DNA of 63,563 bases, the filler included, from Vannella sp. (lineage: Eukaryota), in assembly GCA_023345925.1 (NCBI GenBank). It is 7 parts of 7 records of this genome, joined end to end, with 100 filler letters (N's around TTAATTAATTAA, not from the genome) between each part and the next. Parts side by side here need not be neighbours in the genome. Positions count along the whole stretch, not along the records: positions 22,784 to 29,042 come from JAJQQN010000566.1; positions 29,143 to 41,953 come from JAJQQN010001147.1; 5 more parts are not named here. One strand, 5' to 3'. Within the stretch, counting starts at the first letter, position 1. The number at the start of each line of letters is the position of its first letter. The notes under the pieces were generated by a model. The model did no database searches, had not been told where the DNA came from, and worked only from the letters and a program-made list of their open reading frames with translations. A program made the position numbers and the translations under genes. Of this stretch, positions 22,946-34,386 are shown piece after piece.

Positions 22946-22998
22946 AGCCAATCTGACTCATCCGGCCATAAGAGAGATATTCTTAGCCTTATAAAAAG
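22946..22998 (+). promoter_or_regulatory. Candidate Pol II promoter of CSTF1 (CCAAT, TGACTCA, TATAAAA)
   Basis: AGCCAATC directly followed by TGACTCA, and TATAAAAAG about 50 nt upstream of ATG 23042. Confidence 0.4.
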
Positions 22999-23041
22999 CC
23001 AACATCCCTGGAGAAGGCTTGATTTGATCATTGTTTGTTGG

Positions 23042-24385
23042 ATGGCGGGTGTGAATAGGGGATTGTACCAGCTCATTATCAGCCAGTTGCGAGATGATGG
23101 CTTCCAGTCTCTTGCTTCAGAGTTGAGTGAGAAAGCGCGAGTCCCCTCTCCGACGGATATCCCGGCTGGTCGGTTGGAGCACGTGAGGCGACGTTTCTTC
23201 TGCGTTTGATATCTTCTGACAGGGGTAGTTGGTGCAAGTAGGGAACTCTATGCTAGAGAACAAGCTTGCAGACACTACCATGCTCGATCGCGCAGCAACG
23301 GAGAATGCTGAACCTTCTGTACGTCGTCCCTTCCTGTTTCGATCGCCTGATGCTGACAGGAACAGGCACCGGGAATCATATGGGATGTGCCTAGCTCTGT
23401 ATCTATCCCTCCACCTAACTACCAAAGCTTCTTCGTCACCACGCACAAAGGTTCCGTTCGCGTTGCTCGTTACAGCAGGGATGGGCAGCTGGTGGTCACA
23501 GGAAGTGAGGATAACTGTATCAAGCTACTAGAAGTGTCCAAGATGAAAGTTCTACACTCTCAGCGTGACGGGTTGGGGGACAAGCACTCAATGGAGTTCC
23601 ATCCCATGCGAAAGACGTACTACCACCACACACAACCCATCAACGATGTGGATTTCCACCCCTACCAGCCTGTCTTCTGCTCTGCTTCTCAAGACAAGAC
23701 CGTCCAGTTCTGTGACATCCGACATCAGAACTCCAAACGGTCTGCGAAGACGATTAACGAGACTCACAGTGTCAACAGCGTCCGCTATCACCCCTCTGGA
23801 GACTTCTTGTTGGTTGCTACTGATCACCCAATGATTCGCGTGTACGATGTCAACACAGAGCAAGCATTCACTTCGATTCAACCCCAAGACCATCACTACT
23901 CCAAAGTGAACCAAGTTCGCTTCGCTGAGGACGGTTCATTCTATGTGTCTTGCTCTAACGACGGCTTTGTGAAGATCTGGGACACTGTCACCAACCGGTG
24001 TGAGCGCCAGATCCCAAAGGCGCACAGTGGCAACCCCATTTACAGCGTGTGCGTGTCTCGCTCGGGCAAGTACCTTCTCACTGCAGGTGTTGACTCAACT
24101 GTCAAGCTCTGGGACCTTGGAAGCGGCGATCTCTTGCAGGTCTACGACAAACATCGATACACCGCGGATCGTGGGAATGTGGAGTTTAGCCACAACGAGG
24201 AGTACATCGTGACGGTGGACGACTCTTCCTCCGCTGCTGTGGTCTATAACACACGCACAGCAATGCTGGAGCAGCGCCTAGTAGGCCACAACGGTGTCGT
24301 TCGCTTTGTCACTTCCTCCCCGAACGAGCCAGCGCTGATGACGTGCAGCGATGACTCTCGTTCGCGCTTCTGGTACATGGACTAG
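23042..24385 (+). CDS. CSTF1: Cleavage stimulation factor 50 kDa subunit (WD40), 3 exons
   Basis: N-terminal dimerisation motif RGLYQLIISQLRDDG; Y..FFVTTHKG, HPMRKTYYHH, WD40 repeats; ends MTCSDDSRSRFW. Confidence 0.9.
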
Positions 24386-24451
24386 CTTATGGACCAGTCA
24401 ATACACCCTCTCCCTCTCTCTCTTGGCTTCATTCCTTCGCTTCCCGCTGTT

Positions 24452-26530
24452 ATGGGCAATGAGGTGTCGAAGGGGCCCTCCGTGGACACGCAGGCGGAGT
24501 TGCAGAAGAAGCTGATCAAGGGACAGTCTCACACACGTTCGTTTACTCTCTCTCTTGAGCCAGCATCGCGCTCTGGTGCGAAGGAGCGGAGGTTGACAGG
24601 GGCGGGACGTTTTCTGCAGTGAACCTCTTCATTATGGGCGATAAGAGCTGCGGAAAGACTTCCCTGTACAACATGCTACAACGCAAGCGCTCTGAGGAGT
24701 CGTACACGCCCACCTCGAGCAATCAAACGATTACGGTACCTTGGGAGTTTCGGCGTGCGTATTCTGCTTCCTGTCAGCTCCCAGCGAGCTAAGAACCTAC
24801 TGGGAACAGTGAGTGAAGTATCTGTATCTATATCTTTGTCAGATATTGTCCAGCCGCGTGTCAAGACGGCGCAAGCCTCGATGCAGCTGAAGACCCGAGA
24901 TTCGGTCCCTCAAACACAGAGCCTGGTGACTGAAGGGGTGCACGCTCTTGTGTTTATGGTTGATCCTCGTAAGAGCTACACTCTGGACTTCGTAAAGCGC
25001 CAGCTGGACGAGCTCTCTCATCAACCCGACATCCTCGTCGTCCTTAACTTCGCGGATCTCTGCCATGGCAAGGACAGTGGAGTGCAGGTGGGCATTAAGG
25101 ATGTGAAACGGGCATTAATGGATACAGGACACTCAATCAAGGTCTGTGAGGCCTCAATGAGTGACCGTTTCGGTCTCAAAGCGATTCGAGCCTTCCTCAG
25201 CTTGCCCTTTGCGCGATTGGAGCAGCGCTTTCTTGAAGAGCAGGTGGAGAGAGTGAAGGGAGACATAGATCTGGCTATTCAGGACCTGGATCAGATCTCT
25301 GCTGAGCAAGATTACGCCTTTTACAAGGATTGGTTGGCCAAGGCATTGGACCAGCGCAAGCAAGGGGGCGCTCCAGGTACAGCCAAGAAGGTTGGAGCTA
25401 CAGCTGGATCTCCACTACCAAGGTCGATGTCAGCAGGGCAAACCTCCACTCCAGAAGCTCCTCCATCAAATGGAAAGTTCCAGAAGGTTCCACCAACGAC
25501 CTCAGGAAGTGGCAATCGCCCTCCTGCTCAGCCAGCAGAGCAAGGAGGAGGCTTTTTCAGCCGTATTAAGTCCCTCGTCGCCTCAGAAGAGCCTAAAGAG
25601 GAGCCTAAGAAGGAAACCGACCCGCGTAAGGCTATCCACGAGCTCAAGGCAATGGCCAAGACAACTGGCGGGATCACTTCTGTTGACGCATTTGATCCCT
25701 CAGCTTTGGGAGGGAAGAATGACTACGACAGCTTCTTTAGCGATGAAGAAGGGGAGGGAGGGGGCGATGGATTCTTTGATGATGGGAGTGACGACGATTT
25801 CAATCCACTTGTGGGAGCCGACGAAGACATTGAAATGGATTCCGCTCTTTATCTGGCCCCTGCGCCTCTTTCTTCGGAGAGCAAGAAGCCCAAAACCTCT
25901 TCCAAGGCAACCAAGTCACCTAAACCGATCTCGCCTGCTCAAGTAGCACCAATTGCTCCTATCCAAGTGGCACCTTCTAAGGCAGAGAAGCCATCGCAGA
26001 AAAGTGCTTTCTTCTCTGATGAGGAAGAGGATGATGAGCCCAAACAGCTGGACGATCCTTTTTCTTCTGACGATGAACCCAACCCACTCGTTGCCAAACC
26101 TGCTGATCCTTTCTCAGATGAAGAGGAAGATTTCCAAGCTCCTAATCCATTTGTAGCTGCTGCCACTGATCCTTTCTCTGACGAAGATACCCTTCCTGTT
26201 ACCTCAGGCAAGGCAGACCCGCTGTATTCTGATGATGATGGCCTTGCGGCGCATGAAAGCCCCTACCTTGTGCCTGAAGAGGAGGGAGTAGTGGAATTTA
26301 CTCCTCTGGCGCTGCCTTCTCAGCAGAAGGAACATCTGGCACAGAATTCTCCTTTCTTCTCTGATGACGATGGACCACTGGATGCTGGTGACGATCCTTT
26401 TGGTTCCGAAGACGAATTTCCCAACCCAATTGTGGCTGCTGCAGAGGATCCGTTCGGCTCTGATGAAGATTCTCCCAACCCACTTGTGGCGGCCGGCGAG
26501 GATCCCTTTTCAGACTCTGATAGCGAGTAG
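24452..26530 (+). CDS. RABL6: Rab-like protein 6 (RABL6/PARF) homolog with acidic DPF-repeat tail, 3 exons
   Basis: LQKKLIKG, MGDKSCGKTSL, NFAD (G4), EASMSDRFGLKAIRAFLSLPFARL (cf. RABL6 ESSM..SFGLKY..KF...PF). Confidence 0.75.
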
Positions 26531-26546
26531 AATGAGCGCTAAAGAG

Positions 26547-29042
26547 TTACAGAATAGTAATATTGTATTCCAATTGAGCAATTCGTTCTTCCATTGCAGG
26601 ATCTAAGTAATGGACTATGATGTCGGGGACAACTTCCCCGATATCAGTGAGGCACCACTGCATTACCTCCTCGATGCGCGCTAGAAATGATTCCGTCAGT
26701 GTTACTGTACAGTCCACCAGAAGTGACTCATGCTCTGAAGAAGCTAGGACAAGTTCATAGGGATGTTCATCCCGCCCGATCACTTTTCGTGTGCAGACTT
26801 GATAACCTGGAAACCTCATGGAAGCTAGTTTGCAGGTGTTTGCCACCAATCTGGAAGGGTGGATTGAACTGTGCCATGCTGTTCGAGACATTACATTCTG
26901 AGATGACCTTTCTACATCAATCTGGAGAATCAATTCAGATAGGGAAGCAAAGCCTTCCAAGTCATGGATTTCCGTCTGTAAGAAAGAAGGGAGATCTGCG
27001 CTCATCTCTGGAGTGTCCAGCAGGTTAGAGAGTATCTGATTGAAAGTGCAGTCCTGTTCGATGAGTTCAAAAAGGGTCAATGACAGAAGATCTTTTGCTT
27101 TGGCTTCTGCGTTAGCGAGATCCCGAAGGCGCTTTTGCTCCGCTGGAGAGATGGACTTGGGAGGAGTTGTGTTGGCACGCTCCATAGCTTGATTGAGTTG
27201 TTCAGTGCTGTAATTAGGGAGCTCTCTGAAGAATCTAAGGATGTCATCGTCAGGTTCAATGTCTGGAGAGTGCAAAAGGCAGGTTTTGGCTCGAGAGATG
27301 AAAGTATACGTTATGTAGAGCAAATAGTGCTTCTCGAAGTTGATAAGTCCCAATGCAGTCTTATCTGGGAGATGACATGAAAGGTCCCAAAGCTGAATCA
27401 ATTCTGGCTCACAGTAAGGTATTTGCTGTGTCCTTGAAGACCTACTGGCACTGCTGCCTTTTGAGAGGCGTTCTACCGTCTCTTCTGATTCGGAGAGGAT
27501 ACCTCGAGGGTTTACTCCCCTTAGAGGGGTCCAGAAACTGAGAGGCTCCGATTCCATCCAGTCCCAGATCAATTTGAAGCGGGGACACTGACACAGGGAC
27601 TCAAGTACTTGAATGATAAGAAAGGCATCATGTAAATCACCCAAAAGAAAGAGATGCCTTCCAACTTCTATGAAGAATCCAGCCTTTGCGGCCATTTCTC
27701 GCACATCCTCGGCCATAAAAAGCTCTGATTTGACCCAGTTCCTTAGCGCCTCTGTGTTCCAATAAAAGAGGAAGATGTTAGGTGCCTTCACGCGCCCGCT
27801 ATTCGTCCTCCAATCTTTGCAGACGCACTCTCTTGCTTGAATGGCGACAAAGATACGGAAGGTGTTGAGGAAGATTTGCTCCGAGAAGCGTTTGGGGTCA
27901 AACTCGCACACATTCCACCGATTCAGAGTCTCAGATCCGACTTTAAAAGAACTCCCAAACTCCAATGAAGACAAGCGAGCCACCGGAAGAGGTTCCAAAC
28001 GGAGTAGGGCGGACTGTAACCCTTGGGCCGTCTTTCTTACCAAGTTATTAGAGAGAATGGAGTCAAAGAACTGAATGGTACGGTCGATGAGAACCGTATC
28101 TTCTCGAAAGTCGTTTGGGTAATGTTCAATCCATTGCTTGAAGACGTTCATCACTCTAAAGTGCACTGGCATTCTAACCTCCTGAATAAACAGCTTGAGC
28201 TGCTCCTTAGTTGGATTCTTCGGCTCTGGCATCTGATATCTGATTATGAGCAGATCTAAAAACTCACTGGGGGTCGTGATGTTCCGATAAGTCATCAAAA
28301 ATGTGGCCAAATACGCGGGATCTACCCATAGGGTTAGAAGATGATTCCCTGATTCCTGCTCAGAGAATGAGAGGTTCCCTTACCCGGATAAGTGGCAAAG
28401 GTTAGCCTTTCAATGAGTTTGGTGACGGTGGCTTCGAGAATGGAGGTCTTCCCGCGGGTTTCAGCTGTAATAATATTATAGCGTGAATCTGGGTCTGAAA
28501 AGGGATAGCCAAGGATGTCTTCCATCTCTCCATAAGGCTGTGCATCTGGGGGTGGTCCCAGTAAGCTCTTGCTCTTCCCTATTTTGCGTGTCTTGACAGC
28601 AGATGGGAGGGAGCCATCTTTTGGTTCCAATCTGAGTGAGACGTCATGCGCTTCTTCTTCGCTTTGGACCACAAACGGCTTCACAAGCCACTGCTGAAGC
28701 TCTGGAAAGGGCTCTAGTGCATAGGGAGTGTCCTGATATTGTTGGATCTCCCGAATCACTTGAGATACCAGTCTCCTCTTTACAAAGTTGATCATTCCGC
28801 TCTCTGGAAGAGTGTCGCTATTTCCATCCTCGAGGAAGGTCAAGTCAGTCAGATAAACCCCCAAATAGGGTACCACTGGTGGGTTAACAGAGTGCAAGTG
28901 TTCCCTGAAGTTCTTGTAGTTCTGATGACGGCTTGTCACCTCTCTGCATTGATTGAGAATCTTCAAATGCTTGGAGCCAATACCCGCCCACGTATGCTTC
29001 AAGCGGAATACTGCGCTAGCACCAAGACCTGAAACGACCTCC
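26547..29042 (-). CDS. RasGEF with tandem CDC25 and REM-CDC25 modules (5' truncated)
   Basis: NYKNFR...PPVVPYLGVYLTDLTFLEDGN...INFVKRR; then REM (ATVTKLIERLT, TFLMTYR, RVMNVFKQW) and a second divergent CDC25 domain (INFEKH). Confidence 0.85.
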
Positions 29043-29142
29043 NNNNNNNNNNNNNNNNNNNNNNNNNNNNNNNNNNNNNNNNNNNNTTAATTAATTAANN
29101 NNNNNNNNNNNNNNNNNNNNNNNNNNNNNNNNNNNNNNNNNN
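29043..29142. other. Artificial contig linker
   Basis: N44-TTAATTAATTAA-N44. Confidence 0.99.
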
Positions 29143-29688
29143 GGTTGGCCAACAACAGAGAACTCCTACCGCCGACAGTTTACCCTGAATGATGACGAGG
29201 TCATGCTTGATATTTTGGACACTGCAGGACAGGAAGAGTTCTCCGTAGGTCCTCCCCCGTTCACCTTGTCTGTAGCCTGATCCTCCCAGGCCATCCGAGA
29301 CGCTTCCATTCGCCAGGGTTTCGGCTTTCTCATTGTATTCAGTCTTATCTCAGCAGAGAGCTTGGGGGAGGTTGACAGCTTTATCGACAGGGTTCTACAG
29401 GTCAAGGACAAGGATGAGTTCCCCATCGTTCTGGTCGGCAACAAGTGCGATATCAAAGAAAGGACGGTTTCTACCGCACAGGGAGAGGAGAAGGCTAAGG
29501 AGTACAAAATCCCCTACATGGAGTGCTCTGCGAAGAGCCGCATCAATATCGACGAAGCCTTCGAGGAGATTCTTCGGAGCATCCTGAAGGCCCAAGTTGC
29601 TGGACTGTACGAGGCTTCTAGCACTGGTGGAAACTTTATCCCCGAGATGTCCTCCAAGCCTAAAAAGGGAGGTTGTACCCTGCTCTAA
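29143..29688 (+). CDS. Ras-family GTPase (5' truncated)
   Basis: ENSYRRQ, LDILDTAGQEEFS, intron, AIRD; VLVGNKCD; ECSAK; C-terminal KKGGCTLL CaaX box. Confidence 0.9.
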
Positions 29689-29761
29689 GGCCAGTTCCCC
29701 TTCTCGCCCTCTTGTTCTTATAAACTCCACTTCCGACAACTCTCGCCAACACTTCAAAGGT

Positions 29762-30234
29762 TCATCGTAGATTGAGGGTGTAGTAAACGATCTCCCCCGT
29801 TGCAGATACGAACGCGATCGTCACTCCCTCTTCTCCTGGCATGAGCGCCGTCAAGTTTGCCAAACTAGGAACATGAGTACCAGGCAGGTGCTTGAGTACT
29901 GAAAGGGGTCTCACCGCTCGAACGAGATGCTTTCTGTTGAAGGAAGAGGAACAACCACGAACCAGTCGCCTTTGTGACCCTCAGATGCAATGCAGGTTGA
30001 TTCCTCTACTTCAGCTCTCTCAGGAACAAAGCGACCCCGAAGGAAAACGATGCTTTGGAGAGGACGCGAGGGGTCGACCATGTTGACTGGCTCGATGTCC
30101 TTCCACTGCTTCACCCATTTCAAGTCGACCCAAGCGAGATGAACGCAATGCTGGTGTACTGGATGCATTGCTTCAGTGCATGCTTCAGATAATCGAGCGG
30201 CCTCCTCCGTTGTAAGTAAGTTGGAGCCCGTCAT
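29762..30234 (-). CDS. TSEN15: tRNA-splicing endonuclease subunit Sen15-like, 2 exons
   Basis: Spliced product reads ...VDLKWVKQW...VVVPLPSTESISFERL...VTIAFVSATGEIVYYTL, matching the Sen15 pattern (DL...K.W; .TLA.V..D..IVYY). Confidence 0.65.
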
Positions 30235-30298
30235 TCGACCCAACCGAGGATCAAATGAGGGCGAAAAGGTGTTTACGAAGGTATGGGACGAGTAGTAT

Positions 30299-31953
30299 CT
30301 AACTGTTGATCGTCTTGAACACGCCAAAGCCGTCTGCTCCAGTGCAGAGGATCATTCCAGGGATTTGTGGATGCCAACGGATCTCCTTAGGGTCTTGTTG
30401 GCCCTGTACGACAGTTAGTAAGCGAAGAGGAGGTATAGCACAGTCTTACTTGGTGGATGAAGAGAAGCTGAGGAGGAATGTCCAGGTCTGGGGCCAGGCG
30501 AGCGTCTTCCTCCTTGTCTGCTTCCAAAGAGAGATCCCATATCGAGATCTGGGAGGATTAGTTGATTGCGATTGCCTCTTACTATGAGGAACTCACTTGG
30601 TTATCTGCAGAGGCTGCTGCAAGAACGGATCCTTCGAAGGGCGACCAAGCAACCGACGTGATTGGTTGGGTGTGCCAGGCGAAGGAGGCTGTTGGAGAGT
30701 CGGGTTCAAACTTGCGGAGATCCCACGCCTTGATCAGGCCATCGTCAGCTCCTGAGAGAAGAGCATGACCAGCGATCTTGTTCCAGGAGATCACATTGAC
30801 GTCAGAGTCGTGTGCTTTGACGCACAAAGCAGAGGCATCCTTCTTTCGGATGTCCCAGATGCGGATTGTCTTATCCGCAGAGCAGGAGGCGAAGACACTG
30901 TCCTCATTGGGGCTCCACTGAATGTCCTCGACCGAAGCTGTGTGGGCTGCAAAGGGCACCATGTCAATGTTCCACGACCCTGCGTGAGGGTTCCATAGAT
31001 AGATGAACTTGCGACAGTCTCCCGTTAAGAGCCTGCACCAGGGGCTGGCTGAGAACAGGGCGAGACTTTGGTAAGGGCAGCTTACCGTCCTTCAGAAACA
31101 GGAGACCAGTCCATAGCATAGCCCTCTTCGGGGTGTCCATAGAAAGACTTGACAGGTCGCGTGGCGGGAGTCCTTTGAGGAGCCTCGAGACACTGAATGT
31201 CTTGAGCAATGTCCCAAACGAATACTCCGGGCTTGTCTGACCACGAAGCCACGATGTTAGTCTTCTGAGGCATAACCTAACCACCCAGCCATCCTGTAAG
31301 CTCTAGAACGAAGAGTAGAGACGAGCAGTCGTACACGAATACGATTGACACATCCATCGTGCTTGATGAAGCGAGATTCCAGGATAGGATCGTCTTCTGG
31401 CTCATCCTCATCTTCTGAGTTCTCTTCTTCGTTATCGTTTCGCGTCTTATGAAGCTCAGAGGCTTTAAACACGAAGATCTTGTTCTGTTTGGGATCGGAC
31501 GCTTGCGTACCAGCAACAAAGTACACTGTATGGGGATACTACGTGATCATAGGCGATGAGGAGGAGACATGCATAAGGAAAGGGAAGGTATACCTTCGTG
31601 CGCTGGTGCCCAAGCTTGTCTTGGATGATGTCGAGGCTGAGGCAAGGCCAATCCGATCCCAGGACGTGATAGAGTTCATAAGCGTTGCTGTCATACTCTA
31701 ATACCTCATCCGGAGCGAGTTGATCAACGTTAGGACGCCATACTTTCACTTTCTCCTCTTCCTCTTCGTCCTCCTCTTCAAGTGCCATCGCCTCCTCCTC
31801 CGTGATGATGTCGTCTTCCTCGATCTCATCCTCAAAGGCATCCTCAAAGTCCATCCCCTCCTGATCTTCCTGATCATCCTGATTCACTGGGGTCAGGGAG
31901 CTCTTCTTCCTCTCCGGAGCGTCGCCCGATCGTGGCCGTTTGCGGTCACTCAT
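30299..31953 (-). CDS. GRWD1: Glutamate-rich WD repeat protein 1 (Rrb1), multi-exon
   Basis: Acidic N-terminus, LEYDSNAY..YH...DWPCLSLD, VAGTQA, EGYAMDWSP, SVEDIQWSP, AHDSDVNVISWN, KEIRWHPQIPG. Confidence 0.92.
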
Positions 31954-32447
31954 CACAACCAACAACGAAATGGCTCTGAATCCTTGTTGCTAAGCAATAA
32001 ACATCCTGGCTTTGAAGGGCCACATTCGTTTGACCCTGGGAGAATTCATTGCCCACTCAACTGCAACCTGGTTCGATAGAGTGAGCGCCCCGTTCTACTT
32101 ACCACTTCAATGGGAAGGAAAATAGAACTCGTTGAGGGGAAGGGAGGGACTACCACTTGCTCACTGGTGAGTAATAGTCCCTTCTGAACTCCTCTATGGC
32201 ATGCCACTAAAGAACGGGGCCGCGCCGAGAAAAGAAAAAGGCCCGTTGGCCGATTTATTCTGAGTGATTCTCTGAAGAACCCAGAGTGTCAGTGTCTGGA
32301 GAGTTGGGAGCCATCGATGGGTCCCAACTCCTTGACCTTGGGGACAGCATCACCTCCTTGTCTGGAGTTGACAGACACCCGCACCAAGCCTCCTGTATCA
32401 ACACCCTTCAACACTTGAATGGCGTTGTCAATGTCTAGGATTGGAGG

Positions 32448-32519
32448 CAGAAAGTTGAAAACCTAAAAACATTTAAAAATCCGATTCCACCCACTCAGCA
32501 TCAATTTTGGGCCCTTTTT
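32448..32519 (+). repeat. Dispersed repeat of about 70 bp, copy 1 (copy 2 at 63254..63323)
   Basis: 63/70 aligned nt identical, including an exact 25-mer CAGAAAGTTGAAAACCTAAAAACAT (manual alignment). Confidence 0.85.
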
Positions 32520-33010
32520 CGATGCGCTTGGTCTGGCCCCGTGAGTTTCTCAAAATCCTGATAGATTCATTCCTGGCTGATTTGCTCCTCTTCCTGGACG
32601 AGAAGCAAGGCCATGGTGGTGGCCATCAATCAACTGGAAGAGCTCCTCATCACTCGTTTGCCAGAGAGTACCATTCCACATGTGAGCCACTGAAAAGCTG
32701 GGGAGCATTATGAAGGTGGAGGTTATGTCTCCTCAAAAAGTACCTTAACCAAATCACATAAATAGTTCATTGGTTGGAGTAGGATAGAGGTCCCGATCGA
32801 ATTGAGAGGTCCTTATCAACACTGTGGCCAGTAGCAACGTGTTAACTGGGGCAGTGAATTTGCTTCACAATCTGAGTGGAGTTTCCAGAGCCAGACAGAA
32901 CAGGACCAAAGAAGCCAAGGATCTTGGCGGTGGTAGAAAAGGAGCCGCCTGATTGGCCTGAAATAGTCAGTCTTTCCCGCCCTGTTCCTCTCTGCAGCAC
33001 TCCCCTGCCC

Positions 33011-34306
33011 ATGTCCAGTGATGATAATGATTATGATACTCCAACTTCAGTGGAGCCTCCTCTGATCCACGTGACCTTCGACGAGATCATGGCGGCTCAA
33101 CCTCACCGACGAGGAACCGAGCCTCCACCCCTCTTTGAGGAGGCCGAACGGATTTTTGCTTATCACCAAGGGATGCTTTACGAAGCCAAGGTAGGGACAG
33201 GCACTCCCTGGTCCTCCCTTGGGACTAAATCAGGTGGTTGGCTTGGTGCAGGTGCTCAAAGTAGAAATGCGTCCCAGTACAACTTCCACGTCATTGGGAC
33301 AGCTGGAGCGGCATTACTTTATTCACTATCAGGGCTGGAAGCCGAAATGGGATGAGTGGGTCAACTCCTCCCGCATTATCAAGCACACTCCCCAGAACCA
33401 GGATTATCAGACAACCATGCGCAGAATTAGCGAGGAGATGGACGCTCTGGCCCAACCGCTTATTCCCAAGAAGAAAAAACCCACTCGAAAGCTGCGAGAC
33501 GTCTCTCCTCCTCCTCCCTTGGCAAAGAAACCTCGCGGGGAAGAGTTGGAAGAGACCATTTTGGATGCTCCGGAGAGCCTGGAGCTCCCTTTCCTCCTCC
33601 AGAAGATTTTAGCAGAGGACTATGACCTTGTCAATAAGCAGAAATATGTTTGTGGCGCTCCTCCCACCCCAGAGCGTTTGGTAACCCTTCTTTAGCTCGT
33701 TCAGATGCCCGTGACATACACTGTCACTGCCATACTATCTGACTTTGCAACAGACCGCATTGGAACCAGGTGGGTACCGATTCCAAGGAATGAATGAGTG
33801 GATGGAAGGATGTGCTCATCTCTTGTTTTCTCCAGCGAAACGCGTTCTCTCAACACAGCCATTATCGGGGACATTCGGGCCTTCTTTGATCGATCTCTCA
33901 GCAAAATGCTGTTGTATCGGTTCGAGAGGGCGCAGTACAGAGCCATTTTGGAGCGAATGCAAAGTGGAGAAGCTGGCTCAAAGCCTTCCGATCACTACGG
34001 GGCTCACCACTTACTTCGCCTTTTCCGTATGTTTGCAAATGGTATCTCTTTGGGTCTAACCAGGGCGGGAGAAGACATTTTGCCCTCTTTTATTGACCAA
34101 TCTGGCATCTCCGAAGAGACAAGGAATCAAGTCTTCTTTTACATTGCTGAGATTCTTGAGTAGGAGCTCCTCCTCCCTTCCTTCCCTCCCTCTCATTCAC
34201 AAGTGACAGCTTCATGGAGAGGAATGTCAGCGAACTGTTCGGTCCCAAGTTGAACAGCTCCCACTCGCCCGCCCCCAATTCCTATTGCCGTTCAGCCTAC
34301 CATTAA
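33011..34306 (+). CDS. MRG15/Eaf3 chromo-barrel plus MRG domain protein, multi-exon
   Basis: AYHQGMLYEAK, YFIHYQGWKPKWDEWV, L.EDYDLV, LLYRFERAQY, PSDHYGAHHLLRLF. Confidence 0.9.
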
Positions 34307-34386
34307 AACGGCACCCCGTCCTCCCAACAGAGAATTGAATATTCTATTCGGAAGCAGAGAAATGATTTTCCTATTCTCTCTTGAAG

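Noticed and set aside
22828..23022. RNase MRP-like GGAAAGTCCC after a hairpin
   Set aside because: No complementary GGGGCTYA CR-V downstream; the region fits a Pol II promoter better.
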